IMG/VR virus record: IMGVR_UViG_3300012953_000057
Location: 1-44,300 of that record
DNA length: 44,300 nt
Source: a virus
Lineage: Duplodnaviria; Caudoviricetes
Strand: one strand, 5' to 3'
The notes under the pieces are model-generated. The model did not search any database. It had not been told where the DNA came from and saw nothing but the letters and a program-made list of their open reading frames with translations. Made by a program: the position numbers and the translations under genes. Below are positions 17,427-27,575 of this stretch, in pieces. The first letter of the stretch is position 1. Every line of letters starts with the position of its first letter.

Positions 17427-20400
17427 ATGGCAGAAGTTAGAAACAACTTTATGAGCTCTAAAATGAATAAAGATTTAGAGCAAAGATTAGTTCCAAACAA
17501 CGAATACAGAGACGCTAGAAACGTTATGATTAGTAAATCTGACGGTGATGATGTTGGTTCTCTAGAAAATGTACTTGGTAATTTCAAAATTACAGACTTT
17601 GGTTACACTACTGAATGTACTGTAGAAGTTGTAGGTTATTTTATGGACGTGGCTAATAATAGAGTTTTTGTTTTCTTAACTAACTACACAGATGCGTCTC
17701 CAGATACTCTTTCTAATTTTGCTTCTTCTAATTCTATACACTCAATACAATTAATACAGCTAGATACTCTTAATGTAGTTAAACTTGTTGAAGGTTATTT
17801 TCTTAACTTCTCTAAAAGTAATCCTATAAATTTTGTTAACTTAGTAGAAGATTATTTATATTTTACAGATAACAGAAACCAACCTAGAAAAATAAATATA
17901 AGACTAGCTAATCCTTCAGATGTACCATCTCCCAACTATTACACATGTGAAGATCAAATAAGTGTTGCTAAATATTACCCGTATGAATCACCGTTATTAA
18001 TAGATAACGCTATAGTTAAAGTCATACCTTCTAACCCAGGTAGTCCTAATGACTATGCTGTTAATGAAGTTTATTATTTAAGAGCTTATAATAACAAAGG
18101 GAGAGGAGCTAAAATAAGAGTATTAAGTATTAATCCTCTAAATCAAGAAATTAATCAGTTTGAAGTTATATCTATAGGAGTAGGTTATGAAAATCAAAGT
18201 TTTTGTTACTTAACTAACAGTAGAGATTCCACAGTTCAACAAGGTGGAGCAACTTTTGAACTTATTGTAAGTGCTCAATCTACTCTTCAAGATAGAGTTA
18301 CCCCTAAACTTCCTGACGGTGTAGCTGACAACCCATTCTATGATGCTAACTACGAAGGAGATAAAGACTTTTTACAAGATAAATTTGTTAGGTTTGCATG
18401 GAGGTTTAAAAATGCTGACAATGAGTATTCTTTAATATCACCCTTTACTCAAGCTGCTTTTGTTCCTCAACAAGATGGCTACTTTGTTACAAACGCACAA
18501 GAGAAAAGAACTTTTACCACCACTGAACTTGAGTTTATGGTTAATAAAGTTAATTATGTTAGAGTGGTAATAAAATCTCCATATAAAACATGGGGAGAAG
18601 CTATTAATAGATTTAAAATAGAAGAAATAGATATAATATTTAAACAATCTAACTTAAGTTCTTTAAATGTAGTTGAATCATTAAAAATAGATAGTGAGTT
18701 AATATTAGACTACGCTGATCAAGAAGTTTTATTATATGAGTATTTATCTCAAAAACCTTATAAAACATTACCAACAAAAGATTTAACAAGAGTTTACGAC
18801 AAGGCTCCAGTAAGAGCTGCCACACAAGAGTTTGTTGAAGATGCAATTGCTTATGGAAATTATCTTGATAAGCATACACCGCCTTCTAATATACCTTATT
18901 TTGTAAGTGCTTCTTCTAAGTTAAAGTATGACCAATCTATAGCTAATCCTAATGGTCGTCCAACAAACGTTGTATCAGGAAACGATTTAACTAGAGTTGA
19001 ATATCAAAATCACACTTTAAAACAAAACAGAAATTATCAAGTAGGGATAGTATTATCAGATAGATATGGTAGGCAATCAACGGTTTTACTTTCAGCTGAT
19101 AACAAAGCTAACACTATATATCATCCATATAAAAATGGGCAAAACTATAATGTTGATGGCTTAGTAGAAAACGCAAGTAACTTTAGTCAGTTTTCAAGCG
19201 GTGTCACTGGTGATTATTTACTAACAGCCTTTGATAGTCAATCTTCACCTGAAGTTCCCTATGATACTTGGCCTGGTGATAGTTTAAAAATAACTTTTTT
19301 AGATCAAATTAAATCTACATTTAACTCAGCTTCAGGAACGCCTGGTTTATACGTGGTTGATGGTTCTGTATCATCTATTAATATAATATCTCCTGGAAGC
19401 GTTATGCAACCGTCTAGTTATACGTTAAACTCAAGCACTGGTGAAGGGTTAATAGTAAGCACAACTGTTACCAACGGTTTAGTTACAGGAGTTGTTATTG
19501 AGAACGCTGGAGAATCTTACCAAGTAGGAGATGAGTTTATAATACCTGGTGGTGGTGAAGATGCTTTAGTTTTACAAGTAGGTAGTTTATTAATACCTAA
19601 TCCAACTGGTTGGTATAGCTATAAGGTAGTTGTAAAACAGCAAGAAAATGAATACTATAATGTCTATACACCAGGTATATTAAGTGGATATATTGATGGT
19701 GAAGGACCAAATGCAGGTATATTACTATCAGGAGTTTCGCAAACCTCAGGTGATTACATAAGCAATCTAAGTGGAGCTACACTAGATGATCCTACTTTTC
19801 ACGTGCAGCTTTTTGGTGATAATATAAATAAAGTTCCTAGAGATCTTTCTCAAGTAGGTCCAACTCAATCTAAATTTAGAACAGGTAGACCAACAGTATC
19901 CGCCGATCCCGATTATTATAGCTTTATTGATCCTACAGATGCAGGAAAAACTTTTTCAGCAGATCCTTATGATGTAGATGATCAAATTAGATTAAAGTCT
20001 AGAGATAGAGCTAGAGATTTAGATGCTGGTAGTGTTTTAACAAACTCATCTGTAAAACTTATACCTAGAGTTATTAATTATACTGGCCCAATGGGAGGAA
20101 CTGGAGGCTTTCAAACTTCCACTGAGCAAGTTGGTGCAAGAATAAATGGCACTGTAATAACTCCTGAAGATACAACGTTTGCTAATTTATATGGTCAATT
20201 TAATAAGCAATGGTATCCAGGTGAAAGAGTTTTAGAAATAACAACTATAGGTACTAGCACGGAACTAGGTTTATGGGATGTTTCAGCAAACCCACCTTTT
20301 AATGAGGCTTATTCATTTTATAATTTTCAAGATAATCCTTTAATGGCTAAAGGTGAAATTCAGTTAAATAGCGAACTAGATATTCAAAACCAACAAAAGG

Positions 20401-22844
20401 AGTTGTCTTACTTAGGTGTTAGAGGCCCTAGCCCTTTTGCTGGTAAGGTAACTTACGAGGCTTTTAAAGGTGAGTTTAACACCAATAACCTCAATTATAT
20501 AGGTAATACTCCAGGTAATTCTTATGGCGCTAATTATATTAGAGGAACAAAAAATGTAGGTATTATATATTACTCGTATGAAGATACGAGATTAAAAGAC
20601 GCGGTTATGCCCAGACCCTATGACGCGCCTTACAATTATCTAAGTGAATATCCTTCGCCTACTACTGTTGTTTCTCCATCTGAACCAAATGGAGTTTCAG
20701 GCCCTAGGCCTACATCTCAGTATGGGTTATTAGGAAGTAAAGGTGTTGGTTTATTAATTAACATAGACAACATTTATAGAGCAGCAGTAAACCCAACATC
20801 AGAAGAAGCAGATACTGGGACCCTACGATTTAGTGACGACCAAGGTGGAACCAACCTAACTAAAAAAGCAGCTATTAACGTTTCTAACTCTAACGGTGAA
20901 AATGGTGTTAAAGGATATAATATATATGGATTTCCTTGGCATTTACAAAAAATATTAACACAGCAAGAAAATGCTACCGCTGGTTTATCAACAGCAACCT
21001 ATGGTCACGTTGGTACAAACTATCAATATAACTTCGCTGCAAAAGTTAAAAGTGGTAATGCTGAAGGAGCAACATACATGACTGTAAAGCTTAATCCAAA
21101 CCCTGGAAACATGAATCCTCAGTTAGCTATATTAGAAACAGAACCTGTTGTTTCTAAGCTAGATATATATTGGGAAACAAGTACCTCAGGACTCATAAGT
21201 GAATTAAATACAGCTATACTAGAAGAAGATGAATTTGCACCACAAGAACTTCGAACAGACCCAGGTGGCACTATACCAGAGGACACAACTCCTCTTTCAC
21301 CTATTGAAGGTGTAGGCATGTGGGAAGGTGATTTAGTTGTAGGTGGCCCTAACCCATGTCAAAATGGGGGAGCTTCGTGGGGTGGACCTATACAAGGTAA
21401 TACCGCAGATGCTACAGCTGATTTAGTTACTGGTACTGGTATGAGATACGCTCAAGACGGTCCATCTACAAATCAAGGATATAATACCACTCCTGGCTGT
21501 GTACCAACATGGAACAGTAGTGGTAATAGTTTTGATAACAGTACTTATAACGCAATACCTCAGCCGTTGAGATATCCTGAGCCAATTGTTAAAAATTTAA
21601 GATCTATTACATCAGGTGGAGTTAATATAGACTTTATCGATAGTAGCATAGCAACTGCAGGTGATCCAACTATAAAACTATTAAGTTATACAGACTTTAA
21701 TGGAACTACAACACTTATTCCAGATGATTGTAGCAGCGCCCCTATGTTTGCTTTAGCAAATGTAGATGGAACTACTAATGTTTATCTTAATCATTCTACT
21801 TGGCATAAAAGTGATGATTTAGAGAATACTTTTTCTTTCACATTTGAAACAATAACACGGTCAAGCAGTTATGCAATAGACGGCTCGATGGACACTAATA
21901 CTTGGATATTAAATAACAACGGAGCTGGTTATACTATATCTAATAAATTCCCAGATATACAGGTTGAAACAGGAAGAACTAGTAGTATGGGTAACTCTCA
22001 AATTCCTAGCACATTATATCCGGTTTGGAATGCTCAAAATTATTGTCAAGAAGGTGGTAGTAGTAGCACTAGTTTTGGAGGTTTTACTCAATACAAATTA
22101 GGTGGACCAGGTAATAATCCTAACGTGTTTATAAGTCAATATTTTCAAGGAGAACGATGTGTCTTTTTGGGTGATTTTTATATAAGTAAATGGATTACTG
22201 CTTCTAACTGGAAGCCAACAGGAAATCAAAATTTACCTAATTTCAACAATGGACTTATTTGCACGATGAAGTTTTTTAATGGATCTAAAAAATACGATTT
22301 TGCAGTTTGTAATTTTGCTGGAGCTTTTGCTCAAGCAGACTGGGCGCATATAAGCGATGGAGCACCTGTCGCTGTTCAAGGTCTTTGTAACTCTTCATCG
22401 TCAACAACGACGTCACCATCTTCATCTATTACAAGCATACCAACAGTTGTAAATGGTAACGAAGTTGGTATGACAAATAGCGCTCTACTTCCTAAATTAT
22501 ACAAAAGAACAGGTGCTCAAGGTGCTTATACATACACTGCGTGCGATGTATCAGAATATGATGTACTGTCTAATGTACAAACAAACCAAGCGTATGCTAG
22601 TGGTAACGCTTTAAGTGTAAAAATACCAGAAACATCAAACATACTTGATACTACAGGAAGATTTCCAACGGCAAATCACGGTCCTGGAAGATATGAGTTG
22701 TGGGCTGGAAACCCTGGTTTTACAAATGGATCTACTCCTACAATGAAAGTGTACGATAGTGATGGAACATCTTTTACTCCTTTAGTGGGTAAAGATCAAG
22801 CTAGTGTAGAATATAAATATTTATGGTTTAATATTAACTTATAA
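17427..22844 (+). CDS. tail stabilisation/muzzle protein (P22 gp10-like), N-terminal part with large insertions
   Basis: N-terminus KMNKDLEQRLVPNNEYRDARNV...GSLENVLGN, plus YFTDNRNQPRKIN, EYSLISPF and YQVGIVLSDRYGRQS, match crAss-like stabilisation proteins. Confidence 0.75.
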   Translation: MAEVRNNFMSSKMNKDLEQRLVPNNEYRDARNVMISKSDGDDVGSLENVLGNFKITDFGYTTECTVEVVGYFMDVANNRVFVFLTNYTDASPDTLSNFASSNSIHSIQLIQLDTLNVVKLVEGYFLNFSKSNPINFVNLVEDYLYFTDNRNQPRKINIRLANPSDVPSPNYYTCEDQISVAKYYPYESPLLIDNAIVKVIPSNPGSPNDYAVNEVYYLRAYNNKGRGAKIRVLSINPLNQEINQFEVISIGVGYENQSFCYLTNSRDSTVQQGGATFELIVSAQSTLQDRVTPKLPDGVADNPFYDANYEGDKDFLQDKFVRFAWRFKNADNEYSLISPFTQAAFVPQQDGYFVTNAQEKRTFTTTELEFMVNKVNYVRVVIKSPYKTWGEAINRFKIEEIDIIFKQSNLSSLNVVESLKIDSELILDYADQEVLLYEYLSQKPYKTLPTKDLTRVYDKAPVRAATQEFVEDAIAYGNYLDKHTPPSNIPYFVSASSKLKYDQSIANPNGRPTNVVSGNDLTRVEYQNHTLKQNRNYQVGIVLSDRYGRQSTVLLSADNKANTIYHPYKNGQNYNVDGLVENASNFSQFSSGVTGDYLLTAFDSQSSPEVPYDTWPGDSLKITFLDQIKSTFNSASGTPGLYVVDGSVSSINIISPGSVMQPSSYTLNSSTGEGLIVSTTVTNGLVTGVVIENAGESYQVGDEFIIPGGGEDALVLQVGSLLIPNPTGWYSYKVVVKQQENEYYNVYTPGILSGYIDGEGPNAGILLSGVSQTSGDYISNLSGATLDDPTFHVQLFGDNINKVPRDLSQVGPTQSKFRTGRPTVSADPDYYSFIDPTDAGKTFSADPYDVDDQIRLKSRDRARDLDAGSVLTNSSVKLIPRVINYTGPMGGTGGFQTSTEQVGARINGTVITPEDTTFANLYGQFNKQWYPGERVLEITTIGTSTELGLWDVSANPPFNEAYSFYNFQDNPLMAKGEIQLNSELDIQNQQKELSYLGVRGPSPFAGKVTYEAFKGEFNTNNLNYIGNTPGNSYGANYIRGTKNVGIIYYSYEDTRLKDAVMPRPYDAPYNYLSEYPSPTTVVSPSEPNGVSGPRPTSQYGLLGSKGVGLLINIDNIYRAAVNPTSEEADTGTLRFSDDQGGTNLTKKAAINVSNSNGENGVKGYNIYGFPWHLQKILTQQENATAGLSTATYGHVGTNYQYNFAAKVKSGNAEGATYMTVKLNPNPGNMNPQLAILETEPVVSKLDIYWETSTSGLISELNTAILEEDEFAPQELRTDPGGTIPEDTTPLSPIEGVGMWEGDLVVGGPNPCQNGGASWGGPIQGNTADATADLVTGTGMRYAQDGPSTNQGYNTTPGCVPTWNSSGNSFDNSTYNAIPQPLRYPEPIVKNLRSITSGGVNIDFIDSSIATAGDPTIKLLSYTDFNGTTTLIPDDCSSAPMFALANVDGTTNVYLNHSTWHKSDDLENTFSFTFETITRSSSYAIDGSMDTNTWILNNNGAGYTISNKFPDIQVETGRTSSMGNSQIPSTLYPVWNAQNYCQEGGSSSTSFGGFTQYKLGGPGNNPNVFISQYFQGERCVFLGDFYISKWITASNWKPTGNQNLPNFNNGLICTMKFFNGSKKYDFAVCNFAGAFAQADWAHISDGAPVAVQGLCNSSSSTTTSPSSSITSIPTVVNGNEVGMTNSALLPKLYKRTGAQGAYTYTACDVSEYDVLSNVQTNQAYASGNALSVKIPETSNILDTTGRFPTANHGPGRYELWAGNPGFTNGSTPTMKVYDSDGTSFTPLVGKDQASVEYKYLWFNINL

Positions 22845-24940
22845 TGGCTAAAACAATAGAAATAAAATACTTTAATTCTTTTTGGATAAAAAAAGTTGTT
22901 CCAGTAGAAGCTGCTTCAAACGAAGAATATAACGCTGATTACCCTAGTGGCTCTAATAATCCAGGGTTACCCATTGGCAACCAAGCAGCAAATGCGGCTA
23001 ACAACAATGATTATTGGAATGCTAACATATCAGGTTATTGGGTTGGTCTTCCGTGGAGACCAGCCGCTATATCTCCAGCTGGTGAAGAAGGAGCATTTAG
23101 TAATCCTCTTCAATCAGCAATGTCTCAATACCCTCCTTTTGCTTGGTATAACGCTCCTAGGTATGGTATTAATGGAGTAGGTTATTCTAAACCAGGTACT
23201 ATACACTTTTACAGCGGTGTCCAGTATAATAATGACAATATTAACTTTGCGAGCAACTGGTATATAGAAGAAGCAACACATAAAGGTGGTTTTAATAACA
23301 ATAGATGTTCACTTGGTGTTAGAGCTTACACAGTTTTAGATAATCCTGAAGGCATATATAGATCTCAAAGTTTGATTCATTCTGGTGTTTTAAATACAAG
23401 AACAGGTTATAATGAAACAAATGTTTTTTCTGTAGCTGAAGATATAGAAAAAGATATGGATGCTATAAATGGTAGTATACAATTTTTATATACTGAAAAT
23501 ACTAATTTACATGTTTTTCAAGAGCGTAAAATAAACAAAGTATTAATAAATAAAAACGTACTTTATTCAGGTACTCAAGGTTCTAGAGAAACAGGTAGAA
23601 TAACTTTCTTTGGTCAAGAACATGCATACGCAGGAGAATATGGTATAAGTAAAAATCCTGAAAGCTTTGCTGTACATGGCTATAGAAAGTATTTTACAGA
23701 TAGGGATAGAGGTGTTGTGTGTAGATTATCAATGGATGGTATTACTGAAATATCTGATTATGGTATGACTGATTATTTTAGAGATCAATTAGCTAGTTTA
23801 TCTAATCTAAATAAACTTTCAACAAACACTATAACTGGTTTAGTGTATTCTCCTCCTACTAATACAGAGTCATCCGTATTAAGTATACCTAAAGATAAAA
23901 TATGTGCTAGTAATAATTCTTGTCTTGTGAGTTTAGGTAGTAGAGTTACGTTAAGTCCTGAAGTTGGCGCTCCAGTGCCACCTGTAGAAATAATAGTTAG
24001 ATATATAAATAATATAATAGAAGATCCTACTAATCCATCTAATTTTTTAATAACTTTAGACGCGCCATTTTTTACAAATACTTTAGCTTTAAATTATCAA
24101 ATGGCAATTAGTGTTGTAAGAAGAGATAGAATTGCTGGCGGTTGGGATATATATAATAAAAACTACACATTATCTATACAAAAAGTTCCTGACACTATAT
24201 ACTCAAGTCAGTCTTGTGAGATTACAGAATACGATTATGAGACTTTAAATTTTGATGAAAACATTAAAGGTTGGGTTAGTTTTTATTCTTATAGACCTTT
24301 ATTTATATCTAGTTTAAAAAACTACTTTTATAGTTTTAAAAATAGTTCTCTTTACCAACACTATGTTGGATCACCTCAGGTTTCTAATAACTATGGTAAA
24401 TTTTACGGAGCTTCTACGCCTGCTGAATCTAGTGTTACTTTTATATTTAATCCAATACCTAATATTACTAAAAACTTTAAAACAATAGCTTATGAAGGTA
24501 GTAATGGTTGGACTATGGAACATGCTTATTCTGATTATCAAGAATTTGATAGAACTAATCCACAGTTGCTTTCACCTTCAAGTTCCTTTACTTATGGTAT
24601 AAACTATAGAGACTCAGCTGCAAAAGTGAAAAGTTTAGATGAGGGAATATATATTGACAGCTTTGGGTACCCTGCTAACGCTGGTTTTACATTAAAAGAA
24701 AATAGATATGTAGCAGATTTAATTAGTGATAATGTAAATCCTAGACCTTCTGAAGTGATATATCCTTTAGCTGTTTATCCCAACATGAGTCAAGCTGGTT
24801 TAGATCAAACTCAAGGCATGTTAACGGGTATAAAAGGATACGTAACAATAGTAAAATTACAACTAGATAATACTACTCAACCAGGAGGTAGAAAAGAATT
24901 ATTTTCTGTTTCATCTGAATATGTATTATCTTCAAGATAA
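22844..24940 (+). CDS. tail stabilisation/muzzle protein, C-terminal part
   Basis: GEYGISKNPESFA...YFTDRDRGVVCRLSMDGITEISDYGM and GWVSFYSY...K.FKTI.YEG correspond to the C-terminal propeller half of the family; TAATG-coupled to the upstream ORF. Confidence 0.7.
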   Translation: MAKTIEIKYFNSFWIKKVVPVEAASNEEYNADYPSGSNNPGLPIGNQAANAANNNDYWNANISGYWVGLPWRPAAISPAGEEGAFSNPLQSAMSQYPPFAWYNAPRYGINGVGYSKPGTIHFYSGVQYNNDNINFASNWYIEEATHKGGFNNNRCSLGVRAYTVLDNPEGIYRSQSLIHSGVLNTRTGYNETNVFSVAEDIEKDMDAINGSIQFLYTENTNLHVFQERKINKVLINKNVLYSGTQGSRETGRITFFGQEHAYAGEYGISKNPESFAVHGYRKYFTDRDRGVVCRLSMDGITEISDYGMTDYFRDQLASLSNLNKLSTNTITGLVYSPPTNTESSVLSIPKDKICASNNSCLVSLGSRVTLSPEVGAPVPPVEIIVRYINNIIEDPTNPSNFLITLDAPFFTNTLALNYQMAISVVRRDRIAGGWDIYNKNYTLSIQKVPDTIYSSQSCEITEYDYETLNFDENIKGWVSFYSYRPLFISSLKNYFYSFKNSSLYQHYVGSPQVSNNYGKFYGASTPAESSVTFIFNPIPNITKNFKTIAYEGSNGWTMEHAYSDYQEFDRTNPQLLSPSSSFTYGINYRDSAAKVKSLDEGIYIDSFGYPANAGFTLKENRYVADLISDNVNPRPSEVIYPLAVYPNMSQAGLDQTQGMLTGIKGYVTIVKLQLDNTTQPGGRKELFSVSSEYVLSSR

Positions 24941-24944
24941 TACA

Positions 24945-25415
24945 ATGGAATCAAATTTAATAGAAAGTAGAAAACAACAAATAAAACAATTAGCTGACTT
25001 AATGATAGCTAATGAAGATGGTAGTGCTATAGTAGGTAATGGTAAAGATATTGTCAGAGAAGCGCCCGGAGTAACCATCTCGCATGAGTTTGCAGATAGC
25101 ATATATCTAAGACGAATGGATTTAAAAAAAGATAATTTAGTTGTAGGAGCTATACATAAACATTTACACATATGGTTTCTGTTAGAAGGTCATGTAACTA
25201 TAGCTAAAAAAGAAGGGGTTGAAGATTACATAGCTCCTTGTTACGTTGTTTCTAGCCCAGGAGATCAACGAGTTATATTTGCAAATGAAGATTCTATCTT
25301 TGTTAATATACATAAAAATCCCACTAACACTAAAGATATAGACGAAATAGAAAAAAATATAGTTGCTATGAATCAAAAAGAATTTCAAGAATACATTAAA
25401 AATAAAAAGATATGA
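24945..25415 (+). CDS. cupin-like beta-barrel protein
   Basis: HEFADSIYLR...VGAIHKHLHIWFLLEGHV...APCYVVSSPGDQR pattern. ATG 24945 is preferred over 24921, which lies inside the upstream gene. Confidence 0.6.
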   Translation: MESNLIESRKQQIKQLADLMIANEDGSAIVGNGKDIVREAPGVTISHEFADSIYLRRMDLKKDNLVVGAIHKHLHIWFLLEGHVTIAKKEGVEDYIAPCYVVSSPGDQRVIFANEDSIFVNIHKNPTNTKDIDEIEKNIVAMNQKEFQEYIKNKKI

Positions 25416-26125
25416 GTACTATCCTAGTTGTAGGAGCGATAGTAGCTGGAGCTGGAGCTTTAACAAGTGCTGGCTTGGGAATTGCAAACGCTCAAAAAAA
25501 TAAAAATAACTCTATGATTGAAGCTGCAAAGCAAGCAAGAATGGAGAAGAGATTAAAAGCTTTTGAAGCTGCTAGACAACCTGTCATTAATAACGCAGAT
25601 AAAATTAGAGCAATGAAAGATCAAGTGTTTAATCCATATGCTCAGATGGGAGTCGCGACTAAAGCATCTGATATAAAAATAGAAGAAACAGATAAAGCAT
25701 TAGCTAATACTTTAGATTCTATAAGAGCTAGTGGTGGTGGTGGAGCTACAGCTTTAGCTATGGCTGCAGCGTCTAGTAAAGCAAGTGTAGCTGCATCTAT
25801 AGAAGTACAAGAGCAACAAAACCAAAAACTAAGAGTAGAGGGTGAAGCAAAAGTAATGGGTCAAAAAATGGCTTTAGAACAAGCTGCATTAGCGGAAGAA
25901 ACAGCTGCATATGATAGACAAGAAACAAGAGATATTAGAACAAGTAATAGAATGGCTGGATTAGCTGATAGAGCTGGAGCCCAGTCTGTCGCTTATGATC
26001 AAGCTGCACAAGCTGCAGGTATGGAAGCAGCAGGAGCTGTAACACAAGCAGGGACAACCGCGCTGTCAATGGGGTTAGATGCTGGTGTAGGTAGTAAGGC
26101 TCTTGGAATTGCTCCTTCGGAGTAA
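25412..26125 (+). CDS. putative internal virion/ejection protein
   Basis: Gly/Ala-rich hydrophobic N-terminus plus an Ala/Gln-rich coiled coil, typical of podoviral ejection proteins; position after the tail genes. Confidence 0.6.
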   Translation: MSTILVVGAIVAGAGALTSAGLGIANAQKNKNNSMIEAAKQARMEKRLKAFEAARQPVINNADKIRAMKDQVFNPYAQMGVATKASDIKIEETDKALANTLDSIRASGGGGATALAMAAASSKASVAASIEVQEQQNQKLRVEGEAKVMGQKMALEQAALAEETAAYDRQETRDIRTSNRMAGLADRAGAQSVAYDQAAQAAGMEAAGAVTQAGTTALSMGLDAGVGSKALGIAPSE

Positions 26126-26145
26126 CAAAATTAAAATAAAAAAAC

Positions 26146-27573
26146 ATGGCAAACGGAAACGCTTACGAAAATCCCGGTCAACTTTATGGACCAGAAAATG
26201 TAGCTCTTATGGCGCAGACTATGGCTAGGTATCGACAACAAATGGCGCAAAGTCAAGAGATGTTGACCGCTGCTTTACAGAGAAGAAGAAAGCAAGTTAA
26301 GGAAAATAGAAATTATATGGATAAAGTTGCTAGTCCATTTAGCGAAGCATATGCTGAAGCTAAAACAGCTTTAACTAATTTTACAGATAAAGTTGACGAT
26401 TCTAAAGAAGGGTTGGGTATGCAAAACCAAATTCAAAATGCTTTAAAAGTTGTTGGTGATAAACTTAACGAAACTCTAAATGAAATTGGTCCAAATGGTT
26501 CTGCGTTAGATTTACAAACAGCCACAGCTGATGCGGTGTCTCAGGTTCAAGCACTTAAGCAGCAATTAGAAGCTTTAACTTTAGCACATCAAGAATGGTC
26601 AGCGTCTAAAAGTTTAGCTCCTGGTGATCCTAAGGCTATATTGGCAAGTTCTGATCCTCAGTTACAATTGCTTTTTCAACGTATGGATAACGGTAGAGAT
26701 GATATTATTCTTCAGCAAGACCCAGCCAACCCTATGAATTGGTTATTTGTACCTTTGACAACAGACGAAGATATAAAAAAAGAAAGTGAAAGAAACGCTC
26801 CAATACTAGAAGAATTAGAAAAGAAAAAAGCAGATGCGCTACAAGCTGATCCAAATGCCGATGTAACAGCTATAGATGAAAGAATAAAAAGACTTACAGA
26901 TAAAAACACTAGAACAGCTGGTGATTACAGCGAGTATTATGATGATGAAGGACAAAGAACTGATAAAGAGTATAAGTATGATCAAACTATAGGTATAGTT
27001 GAATTAGGTAAAGTATATAAACAAGGTATAGAAAATGGAGGAGAATACTTTAAGCACGTCGATGAGGTTGAAAAAAATCAATTTATAGAACAACATGAAA
27101 AAATACTAACAGACAATCCAAATGCTTTTGCTAGTAAGAGTCAAGAAAGAAAAGACGGTAAAACAATATTAAAAGATAGTTCGTTAGCACCTAGTGGTAG
27201 TGACGCAAGTAAAGTTAGATTTTATGATAAAGGCCAAATAGCTGACTATTACCTAAATAAAGGAGGTAAACTTTTATTAGATACGTATTTAAACGAAGAC
27301 AATTTAGAAGGTCAATTAGAAGGCTTAATAGGTGGTTATGCTGATGATTATTATATGGAAAACTCACTGCAAACAGGAGAGTTTAAAGACTTTAATAACA
27401 TGACTGCGACTGAAATGAAAAATGAAATTAAATACTTTATGCTACAAAATTTATTTGATACAATGCCTGATCTGTACAATACAGATGAAGAGGGTCAATT
27501 AGGTGACCAATTAAATACTGGTGGTATAGAAGCGTTTAACACAGCTAATCAAACAACATTTGAACAAGAATAA
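26146..27573 (+). CDS. putative internal virion/ejection protein
   Basis: 475-aa helical, Gln-rich then acidic ORF between the ejection protein and the giant protein. Confidence 0.5.
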   Translation: MANGNAYENPGQLYGPENVALMAQTMARYRQQMAQSQEMLTAALQRRRKQVKENRNYMDKVASPFSEAYAEAKTALTNFTDKVDDSKEGLGMQNQIQNALKVVGDKLNETLNEIGPNGSALDLQTATADAVSQVQALKQQLEALTLAHQEWSASKSLAPGDPKAILASSDPQLQLLFQRMDNGRDDIILQQDPANPMNWLFVPLTTDEDIKKESERNAPILEELEKKKADALQADPNADVTAIDERIKRLTDKNTRTAGDYSEYYDDEGQRTDKEYKYDQTIGIVELGKVYKQGIENGGEYFKHVDEVEKNQFIEQHEKILTDNPNAFASKSQERKDGKTILKDSSLAPSGSDASKVRFYDKGQIADYYLNKGGKLLLDTYLNEDNLEGQLEGLIGGYADDYYMENSLQTGEFKDFNNMTATEMKNEIKYFMLQNLFDTMPDLYNTDEEGQLGDQLNTGGIEAFNTANQTTFEQE

Positions 27574-27575
27574 GT

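Noticed and set aside
17427-24940. Diversity-generating retroelement target/template repeats in tail genes
   Set aside because: No reverse transcriptase in the window and no ~100-nt near-duplicate with adenine-specific mismatches noticed by eye; a self dot-plot would be decisive.
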